From the NCBI RefSeq assembly GCF_004010195.1, contig NC_057746.1, positions 30,564,062 through 30,628,061 on the forward strand: 64,000 bases of DNA, given 5' to 3'. The translations under genes and the position numbers were made by a program. This DNA is from Chiloscyllium plagiosum (Eukaryota). The notes beneath the pieces are model-generated. The model saw only the letters and a program-made list of their open reading frames with translations, was not told the origin of the DNA and did no database searches. Shown here piece after piece: positions 23,405 through 36,200 of the stretch. The number at the start of each line of letters is the position of its first letter. The first letter of the stretch is position 1.

Positions 23405-25505
23405 TTGGAGGTGCCGACAGTTGGACTGGAGGGGACAAAGTTAAAATTCACACAACACCAGGTGATAGTCCAACAGGTTTATTTGGAAGCACTAGCTTTC
23501 AGAGCGCTGCTCCTTCATCAGGTGGTTGTGGGATCGTGAGACACAGAATTTGTAGCGAATGCTTACAGTGTTCTGCAGCTGAAATTATACATTGAAAAAG
23601 ACTTGGATTGTTTGTTAAGTCTCTCATCTTTTAGAACGAACATGTTGGTTTCAGTTCTTTTAGATGTAAATCCCAGAACTTTTTTTTTAAAAGTTACATT
23701 CTCAAGTGAACTTTAACAATAGGTTGGCCCAGATAATGCATTGTAGGTGTGAGGTCCCCTGTGTGAGGCTGTCAGTACCCCAGTGTTTAGACTGATTCTA
23801 ATCTAAAAAAGGGATTTACAAAATCTTACATGAATTAATACAGTTTTTGATCAAAATAAAATATAATTCTGCAAGTACAAATTCGCCCCACAAACCTATA
23901 TATGTGTGTGTATGTGTGTGTGTAAAGGGGTATAGGTCTGTGAGAGGGTGGCCTCAGCCGGGACTTTGGGTTCATGTAACACTACAGATGATCCCACTGC
24001 ACAAACACACACACACACCCTTATAGACCCATACACTCATGCACACCCTCTCTCATACACAAGCTGTCTCTCCTACGCTCACACATACACTCCCACACTC
24101 ACATCCACATACAAACCCTCTCACAGACCTATACCCCTTTACACTCATACTCACACACATACACATAGACACACTCTCTCACAGACACTTATACCCCATC
24201 ATTCATTCATATACACACACACAAAACATAGAACATAGAAAAGTACAGCACAGAACAGGCCCTTTGGCCCACAGTATTGTGCCAAGGTTTAACCCTAATG
24301 TAAAATATAATAACTTAACCTACGCACCCCTCAACTCACTGCTATCCATGTGCATGTCCAGCAGTTGCTTAAATATCCCTAATGACTCTGCTTCCACCAC
24401 CACAGCTGGCAACACATTCCATGCATTCACAACTCTATGCATAAAGTGCCTATCTCTGATGTCATCTCTATACCTTTCTCCTAATATCTTAAAACTATGA
24501 CCCCTCGTACCAGTCAATCCTGCCCTGGGGAAAAGTCTCTGGCTATTGACTCTATCTATTCCTCTCATTATCTTATACACCTCGATCATGTTACCTCTCT
24601 TCCTCCTCCTCTCTGGAGAGAAAAGTCCAAGCTTAGTCAACCTCTCTTCATAAGGCCAGCCCTCCAGTTTAGGCAGCATTCTGGTAAACCTTCTTTGCAC
24701 CCTCTCCAAAGCCTCTGTATCTTTCCTGTAGTAAGGCGACCAGAACTGGACACAATATTCCAAGTGTGGTCTCACCAGGGACTTGGAGAGCTGTAGCAAA
24801 ATCTTGCAGCTCTTAAACTCGATCCCCCTGTTAATGAAAGCCAAAACACCATATGCTTTCTTAACAACCCTATCCACTTGGGTGGCAACTTTGGGGGATC
24901 TATGTACTTGCACACCCAGATCCCTCTGTTCCTTCACACTGCCAAGAATCCTGTCTTTAATCCTATATTCAGCATTTGAGATTGTCCTTCCAAAATGCAT
25001 CAGTTTGCATTTATTCAGGTTGAACTCCATCTGCCATTTCTCAGCCCAGCTCTGCATCCAGTCTGTGTCGTGGGTTTATGGGGTGAATTTGTACTTGCAG
25101 AATTACATTTTATGGTGCTTAAAAACTACATGAATCCTTGTAAGATTTCATAAATTCCTTTTTTAGAAATAGAATCAGTCTGAACATTGGAACACAGATA
25201 GTATCACACAGACCACCTCACACCTTCAATACATTATCTGGGCTGACATGGCACCTATTGTTAAAGTTGACTTCAGAATGTAACTTTAACAAAAAAATTC
25301 TGGGATTTACATCTGAAAGAACTGAAACCAACATGGTCATTCTAAAAGATGAGAGACTTAACAAACAATCCAAGTCTTTTTCAATGTATAATTTCAGCTT
25401 TTGCGATAAATTCTGTGTCTTATGATCTTATACTCCACAACCACCTAGTGCTTCCAAATAAACCTGTTGGACTATAACCTGGTGTTGTATGATTTTTATC
25501 TTTCT
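23405..25505 (+). mobile_element. Penelope-like element: inverted pLTR (about 23430-23895), GIY-YIG 3' end and pLTR (about 25070-25505), interrupted by CR1
   Basis: Arms are reverse complements over about 450 bp. 23949-23978 encodes GLSRDFGFM*HY, resembling the Penelope ORF C-terminus. Hammerhead core at 23493-23521 (-). Confidence 0.75.
24225..25060 (-). mobile_element. CR1/HER1-like 3' fragment
   Basis: 245-aa ORF 24320-25057 (WAEKWQMEFN...LVRPHLEYCVQFW...). Confidence 0.92.
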
Positions 25506-26401
25506 CCCTGGAACTGGTAAGGAAGTGAAGTGGAGATGGATAATTAGCTATGATTTTATTGAATGATGGAGCATGCACAGGAAGTGATCTGGTCTATCCC
25601 ACAATTAAGAAACAAATGTACAGTAATTGACAAAAGGGATGATTGATATACATTAATACACAATATCTTTCATAATCTCTGCATCTCAAAGCACATTACT
25701 GTTAAATAATTATTTTTGAATTACAATTACTGACATATGCTCGGAATTGCAGTGACCAAGTTACACATGCCAAGATTCTACAAAGAATGATAATGATCAG
25801 ATCATGTTGTTTAAGCTATTAGACTTTTCCCCTTGACAGAGGATGAGAAACACCCTTCTCATCTTTAGAATATTGCCTTAGGATCTTTCACACGATCCTG
25901 GGTTGTAGTTAGGACTTCAGATTAAAGTCTTTCCAGATTATGTAATTGTTGCCACCACTGTACACTTCCATCTTTATTATGTGCCTGAGGTGGATTTCTC
26001 AATGGGGACAGTTTTTCTGACAATCAGCAATGGGTTCATGGTCATCATTAGACTTTAATTCTCGATATTCATTGGTCAAATGTATATCTTTTATGTATGT
26101 TCAAGATTTATATGTTAAAACCTCACATCTGCCATGCCAGAATTCATAACTGGGTGTCTGGGTTAACAGTCCAGTGAAAATACCACCTTCCCTTTTTCCA
26201 TTTTGTGTCAGCAACTTTTCTTTAGTTACATTGGTAACTTCATCCATATGTTCAGTGACTGACCATCACAAATCCAAATTTTAAACATTAGTCTTGTGGT
26301 GTATCATGCCAGCTTTTACTCTGAGACCTTATTTGTTCAGTATTACCATCAGATAGAATCATGGCACTGATTACATTGTTTAAAATGTTATATTTTACCA
26401 G

Positions 26402-26749
26402 AGACGTTTGATGTCATTGGATTAGATGAACCCATTATAGTCACTGTCGGTGATGATGCTGTATTACCATGCCATGTGGTACCAAGTACATCTTTGGAAG
26501 ATCTGGAAGTTCGATGGTTTAAGTTAGACTTTACTACACCAGTCCATTTATACGCTGGTAAACAGGATCGTCCTGATCTGCAGGATAAGGATTACCGAGA
26601 GAGGACTGAACTTTTTAAAAATGAGTTTCCCCATGGAAATGCTTCTCTGAAACTGAAGAAAGTAAAAGCATCAGATGAAGGGATCTACACATGTTTTATT
26701 GACTTCAAGTCAAGCTATGAGGAAGCAGTGATAAATCTCAAAATTGGAG
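26402..26749 (+). CDS. Butyrophilin-like IgV exon (348 nt)
   Basis: ttttaccag acceptor / G|gttagt donor, phase 1-1. FDVIG..PIIVTVGDDAVLPC...EVRWFK...VHLY...QDKDYRERTELF...GNASLKL...SDEGIYTCF is the BTN/MOG-type IgV signature. Confidence 0.95.
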
Positions 26750-27184
26750 GTTAGTGCATATCGTTATAATTTGCAAATTGGCAAGTTTTAAAAAAAGCTG
26801 CAACTTCAAAGCAATACATGAAAATAAAATGCGGAATAACCCAAAAATAAAAGATATTTATGACTAAACCACAGTGCTATCATTAGTGGTTCACGCTGAA
26901 AATGTATGCTGGTATTCAATTAAAATTATTCACTTGTATCATCACAGTTTAAATGCAACTGTTTGATTACAGTTTCAGAACTGTCTTTTTTTGCTTTTTC
27001 TTCACATTAGGAGAATTTATGAGTGAATGTGTTTAAGTGTTTACTCGGAAGCAGTGCATTTGTTGTACGTAAGAGTTCACTCAATTCATTTTCTTTTAGT
27101 TTATTAATGCAGTTAAAGACCGGGTTCATCAGGATGATATATCTTTAATTTGGACATAACAGGAATCCCAGACCTTTAACGCAT

Positions 27185-27447
27185 ACGAGGTAGCACAGTG
27201 GCTTTGTGATTAGCATTGCAGCCTCACAGTGCCAGGGGATGGGGGTTCGATTCCACTCTCGGGCAACTATGGAGTTGTACATGTCTGTGTAGGTTTCCTC
27301 CAGGTGCTCTGGCTGTGTTCCACAGTCCAAAGATGTGCAGGCTAGGTGCTTTAGCTAGAGGAAGTGTAGGGTGTGGGATGCTCTTCAGCTGATCGATGTG
27401 GACTTCTTGGGCTGAATGGCCTCTTTCCCCACTGTAGGGATTCTATG
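27185..27447 (+). mobile_element. Diverged HE1-type SINE
   Basis: tRNA-like head, cccacagtccaaagatgtgcagg, tail gggattctatg. Confidence 0.75.
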
Positions 27448-28144
27448 CTACTTGCAAGGTGTGAAATAATGAACTGGGTTTTATCAAGTGACTTACCAAG
27501 CAAGAAAAAAAGAGGTCAGAGAAAGAAACTCCCATATACGGTACTGGGAACCCCGTTGTGGTGGTGGAATGTCGTGAAGAGATGCTTCAGCAACTATTCA
27601 ACTAATTGAACCTGAAGAAAAAATCCTGTTAATCCTAAAGTAAAGAAATTTGTTTATTCATTTCAAATTTGAATCACTTGGAAATAATAATTGATTCAAA
27701 ACAACATTAGATTACAACTGTTGCTCTCTACAGTCACTTGCAACCTATACATAAAAATGCCTCAAAGATTTATTGCTGAGCTTGTCTTACTGTTGTCCAT
27801 CAGTCAGAATTGGAAAGACTGGACAACATGCATTAAACTGGACACAGTTTCAACCATAAATGATCTAATTGCCAGACTTTGACTTATGCTCTTTGGGAGA
27901 GCAGACAGGGCCTTGGTTTAACAGCTTCTTCCAAAATATTGCAACTTGACCGGCCTTGATTATTTGTTCTCATCTACGCAGTGGGACTTCAACATACAAC
28001 CTAGAGGTTAGCGAGGTGAGAGTTTAACCAACTATGCCATGTCTATGTAAGGGAATGGTGCTTGGTTATAGGAGGAAAGATTAACTGTTTACAAAGACAG
28101 AGCAAGAGGAAAGGAACCAGTGGAATATAAGGAGTATGTAGACA

Positions 28145-28575
28145 ATAGAAAATAGACAACAGGTGCAGGAATAGGCCATTCTGCCCTTTGAGTCAGCACC
28201 ACCATTCATTATGATCATGGCTGATCATCCTCAATCAGTATCCTGTTCCTGCCTTATCCCCATAACCCTTGATTCCACTATCCTTAAGAGCTCTATCCAA
28301 GTCTTTCTTGAAATATCCAGAGACTTGGCCACCACAGCCTTCTGGGACAGAGCATTCCTTACACCCACCAATCTCTGGGTGAAGAAATTTCACCTCTATT
28401 CTGTTCCAAGTGGCCTACCCCTTATTTTTAAACTGTGTCCTATAGTTCAGGACTCACCCATCAGCGGAAACATGTTTCCTGCCTCTAGAGTGCCTCCTTT
28501 AATAATCTTACACGTCTCAATCAGATCCCCTCTCAGCCTTCTAAACTCAAGCGTATACAAGCCCAGTCACTCCAA
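28145..28575 (-). mobile_element. CR1-type 3' end
   Basis: ggtgcaggaataggccattc...cagatcccctctcagccttctaaactc, the CR1 3'UTR/ORF2 end. Confidence 0.75.
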
Positions 28576-29308
28576 AATCTGTAGTGGAGAATTGGGTTAG
28601 TAGCATTGTGAACATGCAGAGAAAACATGCAGGGGTCCAGAAGATGGTTTAAGACTGAAAAATCCTTCAGAGGTAGATGATAAAAAGTCTTGGGTATTTG
28701 GAAAAAATAAAAATGATTCGAAATTTACTACCGTTAGGATTTGGAGCTGATGTATGTCAGTGAGAATGAGTGATTGATTGACAAATGCATCTTAGTGCAG
28801 GATGGGACATAAATGTCACAGTTTTGACTCTATTGCTTAGAGTAGATGTAGAATTGTGAAGGTCAGTAGGGAGAATATCAAGTTTTAAAGGTGAGAAAAA
28901 TAACAATAATGATTTCAGAAATGAAAAAAAATGAAGTAATTGACAGAAATGATCTTGTTTTGGTAGTTAAAATAACTGTACTTCAATTTAATTGAAATGT
29001 TCCAGACAAGATTCACACAGCAGTCAAAAAAATTGCATCATGTCATTATTTGCCAACAATTGGACATAAACTTTTTTAAAAAAAGAATCCATACCCATCA
29101 ATTTTATTTGAGTTTTTTTTTCAAACTTTGATTTGAAAAAAAGTGGGATGCTGTGAAACAAGGACTGCAACATTATTCATCTTTTGTTAGCAGATCTTGG
29201 TTTGTCATATCAATTGTCTATCCACTGCCCAGTAAACATTAGGAGAGTAATTTTCATTGATCATATTAACGATTTTTAATGTCATAGAAAATGGTCTTCT
29301 AATTGCAG

Positions 29309-29593
29309 GTATTGGACAGCCGCCTTGGATTCACTTGAAGGGAACCAGTAACAAAGGAGTTCGTCTTGTATGTAAATCAGATGGGTGGTATCCTGAACCA
29401 AGTGTGCAGTGGCTAGATGGAAATCAAAAAGCTGCGAATGCAAAACCTGAAACAACTCACCAAAAAGATAGCAATGGCCTTTTTACTGTTTTAACTCAAA
29501 TTGATGTAACAAGTGACTCCATGAACAGATTCTCCTGTCTAATGCAAAACAATTTATTGAACAAAGCAAAAGAAGCCCGTCTTCAGATACCAG
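29309..29593 (+). CDS. Butyrophilin-like IgC (CD80-like C2) exon (285 nt)
   Basis: ttgcag acceptor / CAG|gtatgt donor. GIGQPPWIHL...LVCKSDGWYPEPSVQW...DSNGLFTV...FSCLMQNNLL matches the BTN IgC motif CxSxGWYPEP. Confidence 0.95.
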
Positions 29594-30289
29594 GTATGTG
29601 AACAACCTTTTATTGTTTGTTTTATGACAAAACTTATTATGCAAATCTGTTTCCTCCTGTCCTGAAGGTATTCGTTTAATGGTTATCAATTCTGCTCTTG
29701 TGTGCATTCCTCATGGTATTTTCCAGCCGGTTAGTCAAGAACTGAGGGACCACAGCTGAGTACAAACCAGATCCCTTTCTCAAATCTATTCACATGTGTT
29801 CATGGTTCAACAGAACTCACAGTTCGCAGCAGAAAGATGCATGAACTTCAGAGATTTTCCCTTTTCTGTGCAATTTAATTCCCTTTATTAGGCTTCTTGT
29901 AAACCCCCATTGCAATTATGTTAGGGCTAACTCTTGATGTACCCAGAATAATGCACGGTGCTACCAAATGATAAACTTCTGATTTTAAAGAAGATATTCT
30001 TTCTTACTTCCATCAATTAACTTGTACACAATACTTGTAGTGACTATGTTACTCCATCTATGTTTTCCAACCCCATCCCACCTACTCTGTGATCTGTGCT
30101 CATTCAAACACCAATTTTCCATCAACCCTGAATCTGTGCTAAGTTAATGCTGCCACAGTTAAAGTGAATGCCCCAAGCTCTGAACCTCTGGTGTTGTTAT
30201 AGGTGCCTTGAGTCGGCAGGTAGACATCTGGTACGAGTCTGATGACCAGAATAAACTTGAAACCTTTATTGGGATTGCATATTTCTAAT

Positions 30290-31725
30290 GAGACATTGAT
30301 TCTGTTAGCGGTTTTGAGAAGATTTGTAGCTCAGGTTGAGGTTCTGGTTGTAGGTTTACTTGCTGAGCTGGAAGGTTCATTTTCAGATGTTTTGTCACCG
30401 TATTAGGTAACATCTTCAGTGAGCCTCCACACAAAAGAACTGCTGGTACTTCCTGCTTTCTATTTATATATTTGTGTTTTCTTGTGTTGGTAATGCCCTT
30501 TCCTGTGATGTTGTCATTTCCTGTTCTTTTTTTCAGGGGGCTGGTAAATGGGAGCCACATCAATGTGTTTGTTGATAGAGTTCCGGTTGGAATGCAATGC
30601 TTCTAGTAATTCTCATGCATGTCTCTGTTTGGATTGTCCTAGGATGGATGTATTGTCCCAGTCGAAGTGGTGTCCTTCCTTATCTGTATGTAAGGATACT
30701 AGTGAGAGAGGGTCATGTCATTTTGTGGCTAGTTGATGTTCATGTATTCTGGTGGCTAGTTTTCTGCCTGTTTATCCAATGTTGTGTTTGTTATAGTCCT
30801 TGCACGGTATTTTGTAAATGACATTAGTTTTGCTTGTTGTCTGTATAGGGTCTTTCAAGTTCATTAGCCGCTGTTTTAGTGTGTTGGTGGGTTTGTGGGC
30901 TACCATGATGTCAAGGGGTCTGAATAGTCTGGCGGTCATTTCCGAGATGTCTTTGGTGTAGGGGAGAGTGGCAAGGGCTTCTGGACTTGTTTTGTCTGCT
31001 TGTTTAGGTTTGTTGCTGAGAAATCGGCGGACTGTGTTCATTGGGTAACCAGAGGTGATTTTCCTCTGCCCTGCGTAGTTCCTCTGTGTTGCAGTGTGTT
31101 TTTGTTCGTTGCAATAATGTTCTGATGCAGAATCGTTTGTGGATGTTGAGATAATTACTTCTGTAGTTCAATATTTGGTCCACATGTGTTGTTTTCCTGT
31201 AGACACTGGTTTGAAGTTGCCCATTGGCTATTCGCTCTACTGTGACATCTAGGAATGGTAGTTTGTTGTTATTTTCCTCCTCTTTAGTGAATGTTATGCC
31301 AGTAAGCATATTATGGATGGTCTTGAAGCTTTATACTAATTTGTTTCATTTAGTGATGACAAAAGTGTTATCCATGTAGCGTTTGGTTTGAATGATTGGC
31401 AGAGCTATTTGTTCAAGTCTGTGCATTACTGCCTCTGCAAAGAACCCTGATATCAGAGATCCCATGTGTGTTCCATTGGTTTGTCTGTAGGTTTTGTTGT
31501 TGAAGGTGAAGTGGGTGGAAAGGCATAGGCCCACTAGCTTGATGATATTGTCCTTGCTGATGTAGTTGGTGGTGTTTGGTGTATGTGTCTTTGGGTCTTC
31601 TAATTGTGTAGTCAGTGTTTCCTTGGCCAGGTTGATGCTGATGGATGTGAACAGGGCTGTTATGTCAAAGGAGACCATTATTTCATCCTCTTCTATCTTG
31701 GTGTCTTTAGTCTTCAGGAATTATT
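30290..31725 (-). mobile_element. Penelope-like retroelement (RT + GIY-YIG + pLTR), decayed
   Basis: ORFs MVSFDITALFTSI, LPFLDV...VYRKTTH and NVIYKIPCKD..IG. Decayed hammerhead core CTGAAGA-tgttacc..ggtgaca-AAAcatc at 30384-30419 (-). Confidence 0.9.
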
Positions 31726-31803
31726 GGGTGGAGTGAATGGAGTGGCGTGAGTCTTCTACTAAGTGTTTTATTCTATTGATTCTATTTTTGTTTTATTTTC
31801 TAG

Positions 31804-31923
31804 AAATATTCTTTCCCAAGATCAACGTGTGGCTGATAGTTTTCTGGGTGTTTGTAGCCCTTGTGATTATTATTATCATTCTTGAAATAATGTTCCACAG
31901 AAGAAACCGTAAAAGGATCAAAG
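31804..31923 (+). CDS. Butyrophilin-like transmembrane exon (120 nt)
   Basis: ttttctag acceptor / AAG|gtagg donor. EIFFPKINVWLIVFWVFVALVIIIIILEIMFHRRNRKRIK: FFP motif, hydrophobic helix, basic stop-transfer. Confidence 0.93.
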
Positions 31924-32454
31924 GTAGGAGCACAACTTGCAATTCAGTATTATTCCAGTAAAAAGACTGTTTAAAATGCTGTATAAGTAACAGCCTTGTT
32001 GTGTTATTGGACATAGGTCCAGATACGAGGCCAGAGATATTGATTTCATGATAATTCTGTTTCTGCTTATGCTATAATGAATGACAAATGAAGTTCCATC
32101 TGTTTTGTTTCCCCAACCACATTATACTGCACTCCTGTTGTGTCTGACACACCTTCACATCTGATTATTATCATACTATATGAATGAAGAGAAGATCACC
32201 TGGTATGTTTTTCTCTGGCTCTGATATCGTGGAGCTCACGGAGCAACTCAAAATCATCCATGGAATTAAAGCTACTCTAATCTGATCATTTCTCACTGTA
32301 TATCATGTGACCTCATGAAAGGTGCTGAGTAGGTTACTCTTGATTCGAGTCATGCATGGTCTGACTTGGATTACACCTGTATGAATAAGATATCTCAAAG
32401 GTTAGAGCAACGGATGACGCAGTTTCATACGGCTAGTATACAACAAATGTGGAG

Positions 32455-32930
32455 GAGTGCTTGTGTGGCAGTGGTAGTGTCCCTACCTCTGAACCAGGAG
32501 GCCCAGGTTCAAGTCTCACCTGCCCCAGAGGTGTGTCATAACATGTCTGAATAGATTGTCCAGGAAAATAAATATAACAACATGGTCTGGAGCTTGTGTT
32601 GCAGTGGTAGTGTCCCTACCTCCTGAGGAGAAAGTGAGGACTGCAGATGCTGGAGATCAGAGCGTAAAAATGTGTTGCTGGAAAAGCGCAGCAGGTCAGG
32701 CAGCATAAATGGAGCAGGAGAATCGACATTTCGGGCATAAGCCCTTCTTCAGGAATCTTGCCTGAAGAAGGGCTTATGCCCGAAACATCGATTCTCCTGC
32801 TCCTTTGATGCTGCCTGACCTGCTGTGCTTTTCCAGCAACACATGTTTAAGCTCCCTACCTCCTGAGACAGGAGTCTCACCTGCTCCAGAGGTGTATAAT
32901 AGCATCTCTGAACAGACGGATTCAGAAATT
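32455..32930 (+). mobile_element. Two short tRNA-derived SINE copies; the second is interrupted by a palindromic Penelope mini-element (32628-32852)
   Basis: gcttgtgtggcagtggtagtgtccctacc head occurs twice; 15-bp TSD tccctacctcctgag at 32613-32627 and 32853-32867. Confidence 0.75.
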
Positions 32931-33289
32931 ATTTACAATAATGTGGATCTTCAATGGCCGCCCGTTCACTCCAGTTGAAAAGGATGCTCTCATTTTCACA
33001 ACTTAACTGTATTTCTTCTTTGAGTGAGACTTCAGGACATTTTCATCAACAAACTGTCCAACTGAAACATTCTGATACCAATCCTACCCCCTCTGTTTCA
33101 ACATTTATCCTACACTACATTACTACTGTACAGTGATCAGAATAAATACTGGCCAGTTTAGCTCCTTACCCAGGCTCTAAGGAAAGCTGATTGACCTGAA
33201 ATTTTAACTTTAGTATTCCCTCCACTAATGCTGTCTGATCAGCTGAATATTTTCAGCACTTTTAGATGGAATTGTCCTTTGGGAATGTT

Positions 33290-36200
33290 AGAATCATAGA
33301 GTCATAGAGATGTACAATACAGAAACTGACCCTTTGATCCAACCCGTACATGCTGACCAGATATCCCAACCCAATCTAGTCCCACCTGCCAGCACCCAGC
33401 CCATATCCCTCCAAACAGTTCCTATTCATGAACCCATCTAGATGCCTTTTAAATGTTGTAGTCGTACTGGCCTCCACCAGATCCTCTGGCAGCTCATTCT
33501 ATACACGTATCACCCTCTGCATGAAAGAATTACCTCTCAGGTCTTTTGTATATCTTTCCCATCTCACCCTAAACCTATGCCCTCTAGTTCTGGAACTCCC
33601 CCACTCCAGGGAAGAGACTTTGTCTATTTATCCTATCCATGCCCCTCAGGGTTTTATAAACCTCTAAAAGTTCATCCCCCAGCCTCCGATGCTCCAGGGA
33701 AAATAACTCCAGCCTATTCAATTTCTCCCTATAGCTCAAATCCTCCACTCTGGCAACATCCTTGTAAATCTTTTTTGAAACCCTTCAAGTTTCACAATAT
33801 CCTTCCAATAAGAGAGAGGCCAGACTTGCACGCAATATTCCAACAGTGGCCTAACCAATATCCTGTACAGCCACAACATGACCTCCCAACTCCTGTACTC
33901 AATACTTTGACCAATAAAGGACAGCATACCAAATGCCTTCTTCACTATCCTATCTACCTGCGACTCCACTTCCAAGTGAACCTGCACTCCAAGCTCTTTT
34001 TGTTCAGCAACACACCCCAGAACCTTACCATTAAGTGTATAAGTCCTGCTAAGATTTGCTTTCCCAAAATGCAGCACCTCACACTGATCTAAATTAAACT
34101 TCATCTGCCAGTTCTCAGTCCCATTGGCCCATCTGATCAAGATCCCATTGTAACCTGAGGTAACCTTCTTCACTGTCTACTACACCTCCAATTTTGGTGT
34201 CAATGCAAACTTACTTAAGTACCCCTTATGCTCACATCCAAATCATTTATATAAATGATGAAAAGTAGTGGACCCAGCACCAATCCTTGTGGCACTCCAC
34301 TGGTCACAGGCCTCCAGTCTGAAAAATAACCCTCCACCACCACCCTCTGTCTTCTACCTTTGAGCTAGTTCTGTATAAAATGACTAGTTTTCCCTGCATT
34401 CCATGAGATCTAACCTTGTTAACCAGTCTCCCATGGGAACCTTGTCGAACGCCTTACTGAAGTCCATATAGGTCACATCTACTGCTCTGCCCTCCTCAAT
34501 CTTCTTTGTTACTTCTTCAAAAAAAATCAATCAAGTTTGTGAGACATGATTTTCCATGCATAAAGCCATGTTAACTATCCCTAATCAGTCCTGGCCTTTC
34601 CAAACACATATACATCTTATCCCTCAGGATTCTCTCCATAAACTTGCCAACCACCGATGTCAGGCTCACTGGTCTATAGTTCCCTGGAATGTCTTTGCCA
34701 CACTTCTTAAATAGTGGCACCACGTTAGCCAACCTCCACTCTTCCAGCACCTCACCTGTGATTATTGATGCTACAATGATACAAATATCTCAACAATGGG
34801 CCCAGCAATCACTTCCCTAGCTTCCCACAGAGTTCTTGGGTACACCTGATCAGGTCTTGGGGATTTATCCACTTTTATGCGTTTCAAGACATCCAGCACT
34901 TCCTCCTCTGTAATATGGACATTTTTTAAGATGTCACCATCTATTTCCCTACATTCTATGCCTTCCATGTCCTTTTCCACAGTAAACACTGATGCAAAAT
35001 ACTCATTTAGTATCTCCTCCATCTCCTTCGGTTCCACCCAAAGGCTGCTTTGCTGATCTTTGAGGGGCACTATTCTCTCCCTAGTTACCTTTTTGGCCTT
35101 AATGTATTTGTAAAAACCCTTTGGATTCTCTTTAACTCTATGTGCCAAAGCTATCTCATGTCCCCTTTTTGCCCTCCTGATTTCCTTCTTAAGTATACTC
35201 CTACTGCCTTTATACTCTTCTAAGGATTCATTTGATCTCCCCTGTCCATACCTAACATATGCGTCCTTCTTTTTCTTAATCAAACATTCAATTTCTTTAG
35301 TCATCCAGCATTCGCTACACCTACCAGCCTTTCCTTTCACCCTAACAGGAATATACTGTCTCTGGATTCTTGTTATCTCATTTCTGAAGGCTTCCCATTT
35401 TTCAGCCATCCCTTTACCTGTGAACATCTGCCCTCAATCAGCTTTTGAAAGTTCTTGCCTAATACTGTCATAATTAGCCTTCTTCCAGTTTTAACTTCAA
35501 CTTTTAGATCTGGTCTATCCTTTTCCATCACTATTTTAAATCTAATAGAATTATGGTCGCTGGCCCCAAAGTGCTCCCCCACTGACACCTCAGTCACCTG
35601 CCCTGCCTTATTTCCCAAGAGTAAGTCAAGTTTTGCACCTTCTCTAGTAGCTACATCCACATACTGAACCAGAAAATTTTCTTGTACACACTTAACAAAT
35701 TCCTCTCCATCTAAACCTTTAACACTATGGCAGTCCGGGTCTATGTTTGGAAAGTTAAAATCCCCGACCGTAACTACCCTATTATTCTTACAGATAACTG
35801 AGATCTCCTTACAAATTTGTTTCTCAATTTCCCTCTGACAACTAGGGGGTCTATAATACAATCCCAATAAGGTAATCATCCCTTTCTTATTTCTCAGTTC
35901 CACTAAACCTTCCCTGTATTTCAGGGAACATCCTCCCTCAGTATACCTGTAATGCTATCCCTTTTCAAAAACGCCATGCCCCCTCCTCTCTTGCCTCCCT
36001 TTCTATCCTTCATTTGGCATTTGTATCCTGGAACATTAAGCTGCCAGTCCTGTCCATCCCTGAGCCATGTTTCTGTAATTGCTATGATATCCCAGTCCCA
36101 TGTTCCTAACCATGCCCTGAGTTCATCTGCCTTCCCTGTTAGGCCTTTTGCATTGAAATAAATGCAGTTTAATTTATTAGTCCTACCTTGTCCCTGCCTG

